DNA of 64,000 nt from Candidatus Aenigmatarchaeota archaeon (GCA_038733315.1 JAVYPJ010000001.1:231863-295862); one strand, 5' to 3'; numbered from the stretch's first letter, positions 10,153 through 21,419 are shown. Translations and numbers: made by a program. Notes: generated by a model from the sequence alone, not told the origin.

Positions 10153-13100
10153 ATGAAATATGAGCTGAGAGTAAAAATAGGTGAGTTTATAAGGAAGATA
10201 AATTCTGCGAATTCTATTTATGATTTGTTTAGACTACTGAATTATCCTAATGAAGTATTGTTAAATGTTCAGTTTAAAAGAAATCTAGAAGATTTTCAAA
10301 TTAAAGAAGAAATAAAAGAAAAAATTAACAAAATTTATACTGTTTTGCATTTTGATAGAAATTTTTTCGTATTTATAGTAGAGTTGAAGCATGGAGCATC
10401 TTTTTCTTCAACACTAATTAAAGAAGTAGCAAAAAGTTTTTCAAAAAAGTATGAGAATTTTTTTCTGATTTTTACTTCTTCAGATTATTATACTCTTCTC
10501 TTCGTTTTTCCAGAATTTGAGAGAATTGATGTTGGAAAATATAAATTAAAGATAACTAAACTGTTTTTACAGAGAGATGATCCATATTATACTGCGATAG
10601 AAGTTTTATCAAATTTATATTATGAAGAAGAAAAGAATTGGATAGATGTATATAATAAATGGAGGGAAGCTTTTAGTGTAGAAAGAGTAACGAAAGAATT
10701 TTTTGAAGATTATAAAAGTATATTTTTTAAGATTAGAGAAGAGCTTAGAAAACAAGGAATAAGCAAAAGTGATTCGCATGAGTTTGCATTACAATTACTA
10801 AATAGGATAATGTTTATATATTTCATAGCTAAAAAGGGTTGGTTAAATAAAGATAAGAGGTTTATGAAAACTTTTTGGAATAGCTATAAAGAAGAGGTTA
10901 AAAAAGGTAATGTAGAGAAAAACACTTTTTATAGCGTGTGGTTAAAAAATTTATTCTTTAAAGCTTTTAATAATAGACAAAACGAAATAAAAGATTTGCC
11001 AGAATATTGGATTAAGGTTTTTTCTAATTTTCCGTATTTAAATGGTGGTTTATTTTTAGAGAATAGACTCGATAAATTAGATGTAAAGCTAAACGATGAT
11101 CTATTTTCAGAAATTTTTGAAATTTTCGACAAATATAACTTTACAATAAAAGAGGATATGCCATTAGAGCAAGAGGTAGCAGTAGATCCTGTAATGATAG
11201 GTTATGTTTACGAATCGCTAGCACAAGTTGCTGAAGAAATTTACGATAGAAATGATTTAGGAATTTTTTACACCCCACGTATTGAAATCGATTTTATGTG
11301 CAGAAGAGCTTTAGTAGAATATCTTTCTAAACACCTTCCAGACATTCCTAAGGAAAAAATTTATGAATTAGTATTTGATGAAGAAAAAGAAAACGTTGAA
11401 AAATTCTTTACAGAAATTAACGCTTGGAGGAGAATAGAAGAGGCATTAGATAATCTTACTGTAGTTGATCCTGCTTGTGGTTCTGGTAGCTTTCTGGTTG
11501 GAATGATGAATGTGCTATTTGAACTTTATAAAATTATTTACAAAAACTTAAATAGAAAGTGGAATGCCTTTAATTTAAAGAGTTCTATCGTAAGCAGATC
11601 TTTATATGGAGTTGATGTAATGCCTTGGGCTATTCGTGCTGCCGAGTTAAGATTATGGCTTCAATTAATTATAGAAGAAGAATTTACTCCAGAACAACTA
11701 AAAGAAAAACCTTTGTTACCAAATTTTGAATTTAATTTGCGTGTAGGGGATTCGATTGTACAAGAGATAGATGGAATTATTTTTGATTTAAAGAATATTC
11801 AGCTTTCGGAAAAATTAAAAAAGAAGCTCTATGATTTAAAAAAAGAGAAAGAAAATTATTATAATAACTTAAAAATGAAGTTTCAAAGTAAAGAGGATAT
11901 TCTTGCTGAAGAAATAAGATTATTTGAGGAAATAATTGAAGAACGATTATTAGATTTAAAAGAAAATACTGAAAAGCTTAAAGAAAAACTCAAAAGATTA
12001 GAAAAAGGTATACAAAAAGACTTGTTTGGAAGAACAATAAAAACTCCAGAAGAAGAAATTAAAAAAGTTAAAGATGAAATTGAATCAATTTTATCAGAAA
12101 TAAATAAATTAGAGGAATTGAAAAGTAAATTAAAAGAAGCAATAAGGAATCCAGAATTAAAACCATTTGTTTGGGAAATAGATTTTGCAGAGATTTTTAG
12201 TACTAAAGGAGGATTTGACATAGTTATAGGTAATCCACCTTACGTTAGGCAAGAAAAAATTTCTCCACCAACCAAAATTAAATCCAAAGTAACTCTAGAA
12301 GATAAGAGAGAATATAAGGAAAAATTGTTCAAAGCTGTAAATTCTAGATTTCCAGTTATAGAAAAAATAGATAAAAAAAGCGATTATTATGTTTACTTTT
12401 ACTTTTATGGTTTATCTTTATTAAATGAAAAAGGTGTTTTTTGTTTTATAACTTCAAATTCATGGCTAGATGTAGAATTTGGTAAAGATTTACAAGAGTT
12501 CTTATTGAAATATGTTCCGATAATTGCTATTTACGATTATCCAACAAGATCTTTTGAGCATGCAGATATAAATACAATAATTGCTTTATTTGGTGCTCCT
12601 TATCCTGAGGCAAGAGATAAATTTTCTAGCTTTAAATGGCCAGCATTAAACAATGTTGCAAAATTTGTGGTGTTCAAAAAACCTATTAAAGATATCATGA
12701 ATTCAAGAATTCTTATAGAAATAGAAAAAATAAAACCAAAAGTAAAAGGTGGTAAAATATTTGATTTAGTAAATAATATAGAAGAGAATGAAAACTATAA
12801 AGTTTTTTCAATATATCAAGAAGATTTGCTAGAAGATGGTTGGGAATATCCAGAAGGTTATGATAAAAGTAAAGGTAAATTTAAAGAAGGTAATTATGTT
12901 GGCAATAAGTGGGGTGGAAAATATTTAAGAGCACCAACGATTTATTGGAAAATTTTGGAAAAAGGAAAAGATAAATTAGTAAGATTGGGAGACATTGCTG
13001 AGATAAGGTTTGGTATTAAAACAGGTGCTAATGAATTCTTTTATCTTAAACCTATTGGAAAAACTGTAAAAGAAGTTGTAGAAATTGCAAAGAAAAATCC

Positions 13101-13896
13101 AAATGCTTTAATTAGAGTTAGAAATGGTGCTGGTTGGGAGGGAAGAATTGAAGCAAAATTCTTAAAACCAGTAATTAAAAGTCCAAGAGAGCTTAAATCA
13201 ATAACTGTAAGGCTTGAAGATTTACGTTATCTTGTTTTCATGTGCAATAAATCAAAAGAAGAGTTGAAGGGAACAAAAGCTCTAGAGTACATAAAATGGG
13301 GCGAAAAACAAGGTTTTAACAAAAACCCAACTTGCAAGGGAAGAGCAAGATGGTGGGATTTGGGTGAGTGGAAAATAAGTAAAAATATTTTGCCTATGTT
13401 TGAAAATGAAAGAAAATATTGTTTTTATAATGACGCAAATGCTTATATAGATGCAGCTCTTTATTGGTGTTATTCAAAAGGTATAGATGAATCCTACTTA
13501 AATTTACTATTAAATAGTATGCTTATAGGGTTGTGGAAAGAGATTTTATGTAGACCACCTGAGGGTTTAGGAGCCTTACAAATGAAGGTATATCATTATT
13601 CGGAAATGCCAGTACCAAATATTAAAAATCTAAAATTTGATAAATTAATTTTTGATAAATTTATCAAAAGAAAAATCCCAACAATATTCGAAGAACTAGG
13701 TTTCGATCCAAACAAACCAATTAGAGAGCAGGAACCAAATCCACTTCCAGACAGAAAAGTTCTAGACGATATAGTTTTTGATGCTTTAGGATTAACAGAA
13801 GAAGAAAGAAAAGAAGTTTATTGGGCTGTTGCAGAGTTAGTAAAAAGTAGATTGGAGAAGGCAAGGAGTATAGAAAAAAAGAAGGAAAAAATATGA
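10153..13896 (+). CDS. Large N6-adenine DNA methyltransferase (Eco57I / type IIG-like) with C-terminal target-recognition region
   Basis: YLNGGLF, GIFYTP, DPACGSG, YGVD, GFDIVIGNPPY, ITSNSWL, GIKTGANEFF. Confidence 0.9.
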   Translation: MKYELRVKIGEFIRKINSANSIYDLFRLLNYPNEVLLNVQFKRNLEDFQIKEEIKEKINKIYTVLHFDRNFFVFIVELKHGASFSSTLIKEVAKSFSKKYENFFLIFTSSDYYTLLFVFPEFERIDVGKYKLKITKLFLQRDDPYYTAIEVLSNLYYEEEKNWIDVYNKWREAFSVERVTKEFFEDYKSIFFKIREELRKQGISKSDSHEFALQLLNRIMFIYFIAKKGWLNKDKRFMKTFWNSYKEEVKKGNVEKNTFYSVWLKNLFFKAFNNRQNEIKDLPEYWIKVFSNFPYLNGGLFLENRLDKLDVKLNDDLFSEIFEIFDKYNFTIKEDMPLEQEVAVDPVMIGYVYESLAQVAEEIYDRNDLGIFYTPRIEIDFMCRRALVEYLSKHLPDIPKEKIYELVFDEEKENVEKFFTEINAWRRIEEALDNLTVVDPACGSGSFLVGMMNVLFELYKIIYKNLNRKWNAFNLKSSIVSRSLYGVDVMPWAIRAAELRLWLQLIIEEEFTPEQLKEKPLLPNFEFNLRVGDSIVQEIDGIIFDLKNIQLSEKLKKKLYDLKKEKENYYNNLKMKFQSKEDILAEEIRLFEEIIEERLLDLKENTEKLKEKLKRLEKGIQKDLFGRTIKTPEEEIKKVKDEIESILSEINKLEELKSKLKEAIRNPELKPFVWEIDFAEIFSTKGGFDIVIGNPPYVRQEKISPPTKIKSKVTLEDKREYKEKLFKAVNSRFPVIEKIDKKSDYYVYFYFYGLSLLNEKGVFCFITSNSWLDVEFGKDLQEFLLKYVPIIAIYDYPTRSFEHADINTIIALFGAPYPEARDKFSSFKWPALNNVAKFVVFKKPIKDIMNSRILIEIEKIKPKVKGGKIFDLVNNIEENENYKVFSIYQEDLLEDGWEYPEGYDKSKGKFKEGNYVGNKWGGKYLRAPTIYWKILEKGKDKLVRLGDIAEIRFGIKTGANEFFYLKPIGKTVKEVVEIAKKNPNALIRVRNGAGWEGRIEAKFLKPVIKSPRELKSITVRLEDLRYLVFMCNKSKEELKGTKALEYIKWGEKQGFNKNPTCKGRARWWDLGEWKISKNILPMFENERKYCFYNDANAYIDAALYWCYSKGIDESYLNLLLNSMLIGLWKEILCRPPEGLGALQMKVYHYSEMPVPNIKNLKFDKLIFDKFIKRKIPTIFEELGFDPNKPIREQEPNPLPDRKVLDDIVFDALGLTEEERKEVYWAVAELVKSRLEKARSIEKKKEKI

Positions 13897-16800
13897 ATAT
13901 TTACGAAAAGGAAATAATAGATAATAGTGAAGGTAATAAGTTGTTAGATTATATAATTAGCTACCTTAAAACTAAACCTGAAACAAGTATAGATATAGCA
14001 ACACCATATTTCGATATAAAAGCCTTCATAAGGGTTAAAGATTATCTAAAAAATGTAAAAAGATTTAGATTGCTCTTAGGAAAGCCGATTGAAGTTACTA
14101 CCAAGGAAATTACGTTAGGAGAAGAATTATTAAAAATGATTAGAGAAGAAGTTGAAAACTTTGAATTAAAAAAAGAAAATGAGGAAAATATAAAAAATTT
14201 TATAGAATTTTTAAAAAAAGATAATGTTGAGGTAAGATTATTTAAAGGATTTCTACATGGCAAGGCGATAATTTTCGATGATTTAGTTATCGTTGGTTCT
14301 TCAAATTTCACAGAAGCAGGTTTAACAAGAGAGGGCGAGTTAAATTCTATTTCTAGAAAATCTTATGCTGAATATGCTAGAAAAGAGTGGTTTGAAAAAT
14401 TTTGGGCGAAATCAGAAGATTTTAAAAACAAACTAATTGAAGAGTTAGAAAATTCTAGATTTGGAGATAAAGAATATACACCCTATGAAATTTTTATAAA
14501 GGCTATATACGAGCTTCAAAAAAATGAAATAAAAACTAAATCTGAAAATGAGAAATATGGAATACCATCTAAGGTTGAGTTAACGGAATTTCAAGAAGAT
14601 GCTATACCAAGAATATATTCTAGGTTGGAAAAATATGGTGGCATATTAATAGCAGATTCTGTTGGATTAGGTAAAACATGGATAGCGAAAAAAATAATAG
14701 AAGATTTTGGATTTTATAGGAGAAAAAGTTATTTAGTAATTTGTCCAGCGCAACTTAGAGATAGTTTATGGAGAAAAGAGCTTAAAGATTTGTCATTAGC
14801 CGAAAATATAATATCCCACGAAGAATTATCTTCATCAGATTTTCTTAATAAAGTAAGAAGAGCTATTGGTAAGGATAATTTAAAAAACATAGAATTAATA
14901 GTTGTAGACGAAAGTCACAATTTCAGAAATCCATATTCAAATAGATGGGAAAACTTTCTTAGATTATACGAAGCTATAAGAAAAAATGAAGGAAATCCTA
15001 AAATAGTTTTTTTAACGGCAACACCTATTAATAATACAATCTGGGATCTTTATTGGCAAATAATACTACTTGTTGGAATGAGGGAAGATGCCTTTATAAA
15101 GGCAAACATTCCAAATTTATTGCAGTTTTTTAAGGAAGTGGAAAAAATTGGAGATTTCTCAATACTAAGTGATTTATTAAACGAAATTTCTATTCGTAGA
15201 ACTAGAGATTATATAGTAAAAAATTATCCAAATGCAACAATAAACGGAAAACCAATAAAATTTCCGAAAAGAATTCTAAAAAACATAAGGTATGACTTAA
15301 ATAAAACGTATAGAGGAATGTTTAAACAAATTTCGGAATATATAACAGAAGGTTTAACTATGGCTTCTTATAGAATTTTAGAGTATAAAAAAGGCACTAG
15401 AACTAAAGATGAAGAAATGGAAATAAGAAGAATGAACGCATTAACCGGAATTCTAAGGACAATACTTCTAAAGAGGTTCGAAAGTAGTGTAGAAGCTTTT
15501 AGAATTAGTATAAGAAACCAAATTCTTTTTTTAGAAAAATTGAGAGAATATCTTAAGGAAGGAAAATATATATCAAAAAAAGATTATAACAAAATTTTCG
15601 GGAGATACTTAACGAGCTTAGATGAAGAGACTATAAAATTTGAAGAAGAAGAATTAAATAAAGCTTTAAAAGAAATAAATCTCAATGAATTCGATAAAGA
15701 AAAATTGTTCGAGGACATAGAAAAAGACATTAAGACTTTAAATAAAATATACAATAAGGTTGAAAAGATTACTCCAGATAAAGATGAAAAATTAAATACT
15801 GTAAAGAAACATTTGTTAGAGTTATCTAAAATAGGACAAACTATAATATTTACTTACTATGAAGATACTTTAAATTACATATACAGACAAGTTGTTAATT
15901 CAAAAGAGTTTAAAGGATTAAGGATAGAAAAAATAAGTGGTAGCACTCCTATTAATGAGAGAGAAAGAATAGTAAGTGATTTCTTAAATAGAAAAATCAA
16001 CATATTAATTAGTACTGATGTTCTATCAGAAGGTATGAATTTGCAGTCCGGTAAAATAGTGCTCAATTACGATTTACACTGGAATCCTATAGTAATGATA
16101 CAAAGAGCAGGAAGAATAGATCGTATAGGGTCTCCGTATGATGAGATATTTGTTTATAATGTCTTTCCAGATAAAGAGCTAGATGAATTATTAAGATTAG
16201 TAGAAATATTGCAAGAAAAAATTAGAAATATAGACGAATCAATAGGTTTAGATCAAAGGATTTTAGGTGAAAAAATACATCCTAAGGTATTTGGTATAAT
16301 AAGAAGAATAGTAAGGGGAGATTCGAGGGTATTTGAAGATTTGGAAGAAATTAGTTTTGGTGGCGGAGAAATATTTTATCAACCACTAAGGAAGTTTATT
16401 AATGAAAAAGGCATAGAAGCTATAGAGAAAATTCCTTATGGTGTACACAGCGGATTAAAAAAAGGTAAGATAAGGGGAATTTTCTTTTACTATAAATACA
16501 AAGACGATTATGATTTTTGGTATTTGTATGATTTGGAAAAAAACAAATTTATAATCAATAAAACAGAAATAATAAAATATATATCTTGCTCACCCGAAGA
16601 AAAAAGAGTGATACCAGATTTTTTTAACATAGTATATGAAATTAATCAGAAAGTAGTGGAGGATATTGAAAGAACATACGTAAATATTCAGCAAAGAAAA
16701 TTTGAATCATTGGAAAAATTTAGCATGCATATGTCTACGAAATTTATTGTTGACATGATAAGAGAAATTGATGTGATGAAAAAAAGATTTGAGGATTATG

Positions 16801-17039
16801 AAATGATAAATAAATTAAATGAAATAAAAGAAAAACTAATGAATATATTTATATCGAAATCAAGAATAAGAAAGTTGAGAAAGATGTGGAGAGAGTATAT
16901 AAAAAATAAAGAATTTCAAGAATTTATAAATAAGCTTTACGAGTTTTTAGAGAATGTTGTAATAAAAAAAGAAGAGGTAAAACTTGAGGAGTTTGATAAA
17001 AAACATTTAAAATTGGTCGTTGTAGATTTTATATCATAG
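13893..17039 (+). CDS. PLD(HKD)-nuclease + SNF2-type SF2 helicase fusion
   Basis: LHGKAIIFD..GSSNFT, ADSVGLGKT, VVDESHNFRN, LTATP, SEGMNLQ, QRAGRIDR; ATGA overlap with the MTase. Confidence 0.9.
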   Translation: MNIYEKEIIDNSEGNKLLDYIISYLKTKPETSIDIATPYFDIKAFIRVKDYLKNVKRFRLLLGKPIEVTTKEITLGEELLKMIREEVENFELKKENEENIKNFIEFLKKDNVEVRLFKGFLHGKAIIFDDLVIVGSSNFTEAGLTREGELNSISRKSYAEYARKEWFEKFWAKSEDFKNKLIEELENSRFGDKEYTPYEIFIKAIYELQKNEIKTKSENEKYGIPSKVELTEFQEDAIPRIYSRLEKYGGILIADSVGLGKTWIAKKIIEDFGFYRRKSYLVICPAQLRDSLWRKELKDLSLAENIISHEELSSSDFLNKVRRAIGKDNLKNIELIVVDESHNFRNPYSNRWENFLRLYEAIRKNEGNPKIVFLTATPINNTIWDLYWQIILLVGMREDAFIKANIPNLLQFFKEVEKIGDFSILSDLLNEISIRRTRDYIVKNYPNATINGKPIKFPKRILKNIRYDLNKTYRGMFKQISEYITEGLTMASYRILEYKKGTRTKDEEMEIRRMNALTGILRTILLKRFESSVEAFRISIRNQILFLEKLREYLKEGKYISKKDYNKIFGRYLTSLDEETIKFEEEELNKALKEINLNEFDKEKLFEDIEKDIKTLNKIYNKVEKITPDKDEKLNTVKKHLLELSKIGQTIIFTYYEDTLNYIYRQVVNSKEFKGLRIEKISGSTPINERERIVSDFLNRKINILISTDVLSEGMNLQSGKIVLNYDLHWNPIVMIQRAGRIDRIGSPYDEIFVYNVFPDKELDELLRLVEILQEKIRNIDESIGLDQRILGEKIHPKVFGIIRRIVRGDSRVFEDLEEISFGGGEIFYQPLRKFINEKGIEAIEKIPYGVHSGLKKGKIRGIFFYYKYKDDYDFWYLYDLEKNKFIINKTEIIKYISCSPEEKRVIPDFFNIVYEINQKVVEDIERTYVNIQQRKFESLEKFSMHMSTKFIVDMIREIDVMKKRFEDYEMINKLNEIKEKLMNIFISKSRIRKLRKMWREYIKNKEFQEFINKLYEFLENVVIKKEEVKLEEFDKKHLKLVVVDFIS

Positions 17040-17089
17040 ATACAAAAATCAATATTTTTAAATACATCTAATTTCCATTTAATATTATT

Positions 17090-18184
17090 ATGTTCCTAAT
17101 TTTCGACCCAATATACATAGTACTAGCAATCTTTGGATATCTCTTAATGTTTATTTTAGCCGGTTTCATAGCTCCAAGGGTTGCAAACAAATTTGCTGGC
17201 AGATTCTCTCTATACACATCTATGTTTATTTTAGCGGCTATGGTTATTTTTTCTTTTAGTTTTGTAATTATTCTTATTTTTTACGTATTAAATACTCAAT
17301 TAGATTTAGGAGTTTATGAGATATCTTCACTGTTTTTTGGAGTAATTTTATTGGTTTTTATCTCTAATCTAATTACTTACATTCTATCGCCGCTAATAAT
17401 AAATTTTCTATATGGTGTAAGAGAAGATAGTAAAATACAAAAGATAGTAGATGAAGTTAAAAAAGAATTGAATTATAAAGGAAAAATAAAGGGTATGATA
17501 GCTACTAATTTCTCTTTACCAAACGCTTTTGCCTATGGCAATTTTATATTTGGTAAGTATGTTGCTGTAACTAGTGGAATGATAAATTTGGTAAATGAAA
17601 AGGAGTTAAAAGCAGTTATAGGGCATGAAATTGGTCATCATATGCATAGAGACAATGCAGTAATGCTTCTTTTCGGACTATTACCATCTATAATATACTT
17701 TTTAGGATATTTTTTGATAAGAATTTCAATATTTTCAGGCTCTTCAGAAAGAGAATCTAGAGGAAATATACTTCTATTAGCTCTTGGTATATTCGCTGTT
17801 ATAATCTCATTTATTATCCAAATATTAGTATTAGCGTTTAGTAGATTAAGAGAATATTTCGCAGATATAGAGGGTGCAAAATCTGCTGGAAAATTAAGTA
17901 TGCAATCTTCTCTTGCTAAGCTGCACTATTATTATGAAGCTAACTTAGATGTTCTAAATGAGTTAAGAAACAACCAAACAAAAACTTTATTTATATATGC
18001 CTTTACTCAAGCTATAGCAAATCCATTTGCAAATTTAGATAATGCTTTATCAAAAAGCTCGAGTATTGAAAAGAAAAGAATAGAGGAGCTAAAGAAATTA
18101 GAAGTCTCTAGTATTCAAGAGTTTTTATCTACTCATCCACCAATTCCAAAAAGGCTAAGATTTTTAGATACTTTAAAAGATTAA
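17090..18184 (+). CDS. htpX: HtpX-like zinc metalloprotease (M48)
   Basis: PNAFA, HEIGH, SRLREYFAD, STHPP. Confidence 0.9.
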   Translation: MFLIFDPIYIVLAIFGYLLMFILAGFIAPRVANKFAGRFSLYTSMFILAAMVIFSFSFVIILIFYVLNTQLDLGVYEISSLFFGVILLVFISNLITYILSPLIINFLYGVREDSKIQKIVDEVKKELNYKGKIKGMIATNFSLPNAFAYGNFIFGKYVAVTSGMINLVNEKELKAVIGHEIGHHMHRDNAVMLLFGLLPSIIYFLGYFLIRISIFSGSSERESRGNILLLALGIFAVIISFIIQILVLAFSRLREYFADIEGAKSAGKLSMQSSLAKLHYYYEANLDVLNELRNNQTKTLFIYAFTQAIANPFANLDNALSKSSSIEKKRIEELKKLEVSSIQEFLSTHPPIPKRLRFLDTLKD

Positions 18185-18200
18185 ATCTTTGAAGAAATAA

Positions 18201-18956
18201 ATGTTAAAAGTAGGAATTGTTGGTGGTGGTTCGATGGGACAATGGTTAAAAAAAGAGATATCAAAAAAACATAAAGTTTTAATATACGATTCAGATAAAA
18301 GAAAAAGTGACACATCTAGCTTAAATGAGCTATCTAAATTTTCAGATGTGTTAATAGTGGCTGTACCATTTTGGATTACTGCAAAAGTATTACACCAGAT
18401 TATTCCATATGCTGAAAATAAGCTTGTGATGGATATATCAACATTTAAAGAAGGACTTATCGATGTTTATAAAAAATATCCAAAAAAATCAAAAATAGCT
18501 ACTATACATCCTATGTTTGGTCCTGGTGCAAAAACAATAAAAAAACAAAAGATTTTAGTGATGAAAATTCCAAATAGAGATGGGCTTGATGATGCAATTA
18601 AGTTCTGGAAAAATTTGGGAGCAAGGGTTTATATAGTTGACTTAAAAAAACATGATTATTATATTTCTTATACTATTGCCCTTAGCTATGCAATAGGTTT
18701 AGCGTTGGCTAGGATTTATGAGGATCTCGGAAAAGATGTGTTTAAATATGGTGGTACATCCTTTAGATGGTTAGTTACTTATTCATCTTCTCTTTTACTT
18801 GACAAAAATTCTCGATTTTATGCTGAAAAAGCTCCATTAGATAAATTTATAAGGGCATTAAAGAAGAAAAGCATTCCAAAACCACTAATAAATCCAAAAA
18901 TAGCTTATCAAAAATTCTATAAAGTGCTTAGTAATCTTGATTACAGAGATGTTTAA
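18201..18956 (+). CDS. tyrA: Prephenate/arogenate dehydrogenase (TyrA family)
   Basis: GIVGGGSMG Rossmann fold, DISTFK, HPMFGP, HD motif. Confidence 0.8.
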   Translation: MLKVGIVGGGSMGQWLKKEISKKHKVLIYDSDKRKSDTSSLNELSKFSDVLIVAVPFWITAKVLHQIIPYAENKLVMDISTFKEGLIDVYKKYPKKSKIATIHPMFGPGAKTIKKQKILVMKIPNRDGLDDAIKFWKNLGARVYIVDLKKHDYYISYTIALSYAIGLALARIYEDLGKDVFKYGGTSFRWLVTYSSSLLLDKNSRFYAEKAPLDKFIRALKKKSIPKPLINPKIAYQKFYKVLSNLDYRDV

Positions 18957-20115
18957 AGATAAGAAGATTAGCGAAACTATAAAAGAAAATAATATAAAAA
19001 TAGAGTTTGAAAGGCCAATTTGTAAACATTTTGAAAAGTGTGGCGGCTGCTTATTTCAAAACATTTCATATAAAACAGAGAAAGAAATTAAATTAAAAAT
19101 TGCTGAAAAACATCTAAGCTTTATAGATAATTTGAAGTTAATTTTTTTCGAAAGTAAAAAGAGATTTTATTATCGAAATAGAATGGATTATTCTATTGTT
19201 AGAAAAAATGGTAAAATACTAATAGGTTTGAAAGAGTATGGAAAGTGGTATGAGGTTATTGATTTAGAGGAATGTTATTTACTTAGTGAAGAAACAAGCG
19301 AAATATTAAAAAGAACTAGGGATTTTATTATAAAAAATAATTTAGAGGCATATGATTTAATAAATAGATGTGGTAATGTAAGATATATAGTAATAAGAGA
19401 AGGTAAAAATACTAAAAAAAGATTAATTTCGATAATAGTAAAAGAAAGCTTTCCTATCGAAAATTATTCAGAAGAAATGAAAGATTTAGCTAATTCTTTT
19501 GTTTTAGCTATAAATGATACGTTAGCTGATATATCTTTTGGAAAGGTTGAAAAGTATATTGGAAACGTTTTTAGTGAAAGAGTATTAGATAAAGAATTTA
19601 TAATTCCCCCATTTTCATTTTTTCAGTCGAATACTGAAATGGCTGAAATTATGGTTAAAGAGGCTAAAGAATTCTTAGATGGTAAAATTTTAGCAGATTT
19701 ATATTGTGGCGTAGGACTTTTTGGAATAAGTTTTGCCGAGAATTTTGATGAGGTTATTGGAATTGAAATAGATGAAAATGCGGTAAACGCTGCTAAGTTG
19801 AATGCTACGAATAACGGAATAAAGAATGCTAATTTCATTGAAGCTAAGGTTGAAGATAAAATAAAAGATATTAATAGCGATTTTGTAGTTGTTGACCCAC
19901 CAAGAGCTGGATTGTCTAATAAAGTTATAAACAGGATTACCAAAAATAAAAACATAAAGAAAATTCTTTATTATTCTTGCAATGTAGAAACTTTTGCTAG
20001 AGATTTGAAAAAACTTTCTAATAGTTTTAAGATACACGAAAGCATAAAGATTTTTGACCAATTCCCTTTAACTAAGCATTTTGAGCTTCTTGCTTTCTTA
20101 GAGAGAAAAGAATAA
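18949..20115 (+). CDS. RlmD/TrmA-family RNA m5U methyltransferase with Fe-S motif
   Basis: CKHFEKCGGC, FFQSN, DLYCGVG, DPPRAG, YSCN, DQFPLTKHFE; ATG at 18949 preferred over TTG at 18937. Confidence 0.9.
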   Translation: MFKDKKISETIKENNIKIEFERPICKHFEKCGGCLFQNISYKTEKEIKLKIAEKHLSFIDNLKLIFFESKKRFYYRNRMDYSIVRKNGKILIGLKEYGKWYEVIDLEECYLLSEETSEILKRTRDFIIKNNLEAYDLINRCGNVRYIVIREGKNTKKRLISIIVKESFPIENYSEEMKDLANSFVLAINDTLADISFGKVEKYIGNVFSERVLDKEFIIPPFSFFQSNTEMAEIMVKEAKEFLDGKILADLYCGVGLFGISFAENFDEVIGIEIDENAVNAAKLNATNNGIKNANFIEAKVEDKIKDINSDFVVVDPPRAGLSNKVINRITKNKNIKKILYYSCNVETFARDLKKLSNSFKIHESIKIFDQFPLTKHFELLAFLERKE

Positions 20116-20138
20116 ATATTTACTGTTTAGTAATAATT

Positions 20139-20549
20139 ATGAGGACAAAAGAATTAATTAACCTCTTTTCGGTAGTTATACTATCTTTAATTAGCTTAAC
20201 TTACGTTCACGAAATAGGACACGCTTTTTTTGCAAGATTAAATGGATGCGAAACTAAGTCGTTAATTTTTGATAATGGTTTAGCTTCTTATACACTTGTT
20301 GCATGCGAGAAAAATAACGATATGCTAATTATTCTTGGAGGATTAATTTTTACCTTAGCATTTTCCTTAGTTTTTTTAACTTTTGGAAAAGAATTTTATG
20401 TTTTATCGATATCTATTTCTTTTCTTTTAGCTCTGGAAGATTTAAGTTTTTTCGTTAGCACTTTTTATATAATAATTTTTTCGTCTTTACTCTCTTTTTT
20501 TGGATACTTGAAGTTTTTTGAAAATATGAATAAAAAGAAAAATAAGTGA
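20139..20549 (+). CDS. Small membrane protein with HExxH (M50-like peptidase)
   Basis: VHEIGH after the first TM helix; GG motif in a later TM. Confidence 0.55.
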   Translation: MRTKELINLFSVVILSLISLTYVHEIGHAFFARLNGCETKSLIFDNGLASYTLVACEKNNDMLIILGGLIFTLAFSLVFLTFGKEFYVLSISISFLLALEDLSFFVSTFYIIIFSSLLSFFGYLKFFENMNKKKNK

Positions 20550-20555
20550 GTTTTG

Positions 20556-21419
20556 TTATTTGTTTTTTGACAATATATCTACATATCTTTCGAGCCTATC
20601 TGGAAAAACTGTAACAACACTTTCAAATTTATATTTTTTCTTTATAATTTTGGCGGCTAAAAAATTCGCTCCCGATGAAATACCAACCATTAAGCCATAT
20701 TTTTTATTTAAGTATTTTGTTGTTTTTATAGCATCTCTGTTTTTAATTTCAATTACTTCATCAATTAAACTTTTGTTAAGGTCTATAATTTTTTGCATGG
20801 TTTCGTTTTTTCCTATTAATCCTTCTATTTTGTTTGGAATTTCAGCAGGTCTTACACCAAAAATTTTTGTGTTAGGATTTTTTTCTTTTAGGGCTTTTGC
20901 AACCCCAACTAAAGTTCCGCCAGTTCCAATTCCAGCTACAAAAGCATCTATTCTCTTTACTTGGTTTAATATTTCTTTGCCAGTTGTTTTATAATGACAT
21001 TCTACATTATCTAAGTTTTCAAATTGCATTGGCAACCAAACTTTTTTATATTTCTTTGCCAGCTCTTTAACTTTTTTCATAGCAGCTTCTCTTGTATTTT
21101 CCGGAATTAAAACACACTTACCTCCTAATAATTCGATAATTTTTGGTTTTGTAGATTTAATATCCTTTGACATTACTGCTATGAATTTAAATCCAAGAAT
21201 TGCCGAAAGCATAGCGAAGGAAATTCCTGTATTTCCAGAAGTTACCTCTATTATAGTGTATCCAGGTTTTAATTCTCCTCTCTCAATAGCTTTTTCTATC
21301 ATATATTTCGCTATCCTATCTTTAATAGAGCCCGATGGATTAAAAATCTCTAGCTTCGCCCAAATTCCTTCGATATTTATTATGGGTGTGTTTCCAATCT
21401 TATCTAGAAAAATCTTCAT
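20556..21419 (-). CDS. cysK: PLP-dependent cysteine synthase family protein
   Basis: NPSGSIKDR, TSGNTG, GIGTGGT, GISSGA. Confidence 0.85.
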   Translation of the reverse strand: MKIFLDKIGNTPIINIEGIWAKLEIFNPSGSIKDRIAKYMIEKAIERGELKPGYTIIEVTSGNTGISFAMLSAILGFKFIAVMSKDIKSTKPKIIELLGGKCVLIPENTREAAMKKVKELAKKYKKVWLPMQFENLDNVECHYKTTGKEILNQVKRIDAFVAGIGTGGTLVGVAKALKEKNPNTKIFGVRPAEIPNKIEGLIGKNETMQKIIDLNKSLIDEVIEIKNRDAIKTTKYLNKKYGLMVGISSGANFLAAKIIKKKYKFESVVTVFPDRLERYVDILSKNK

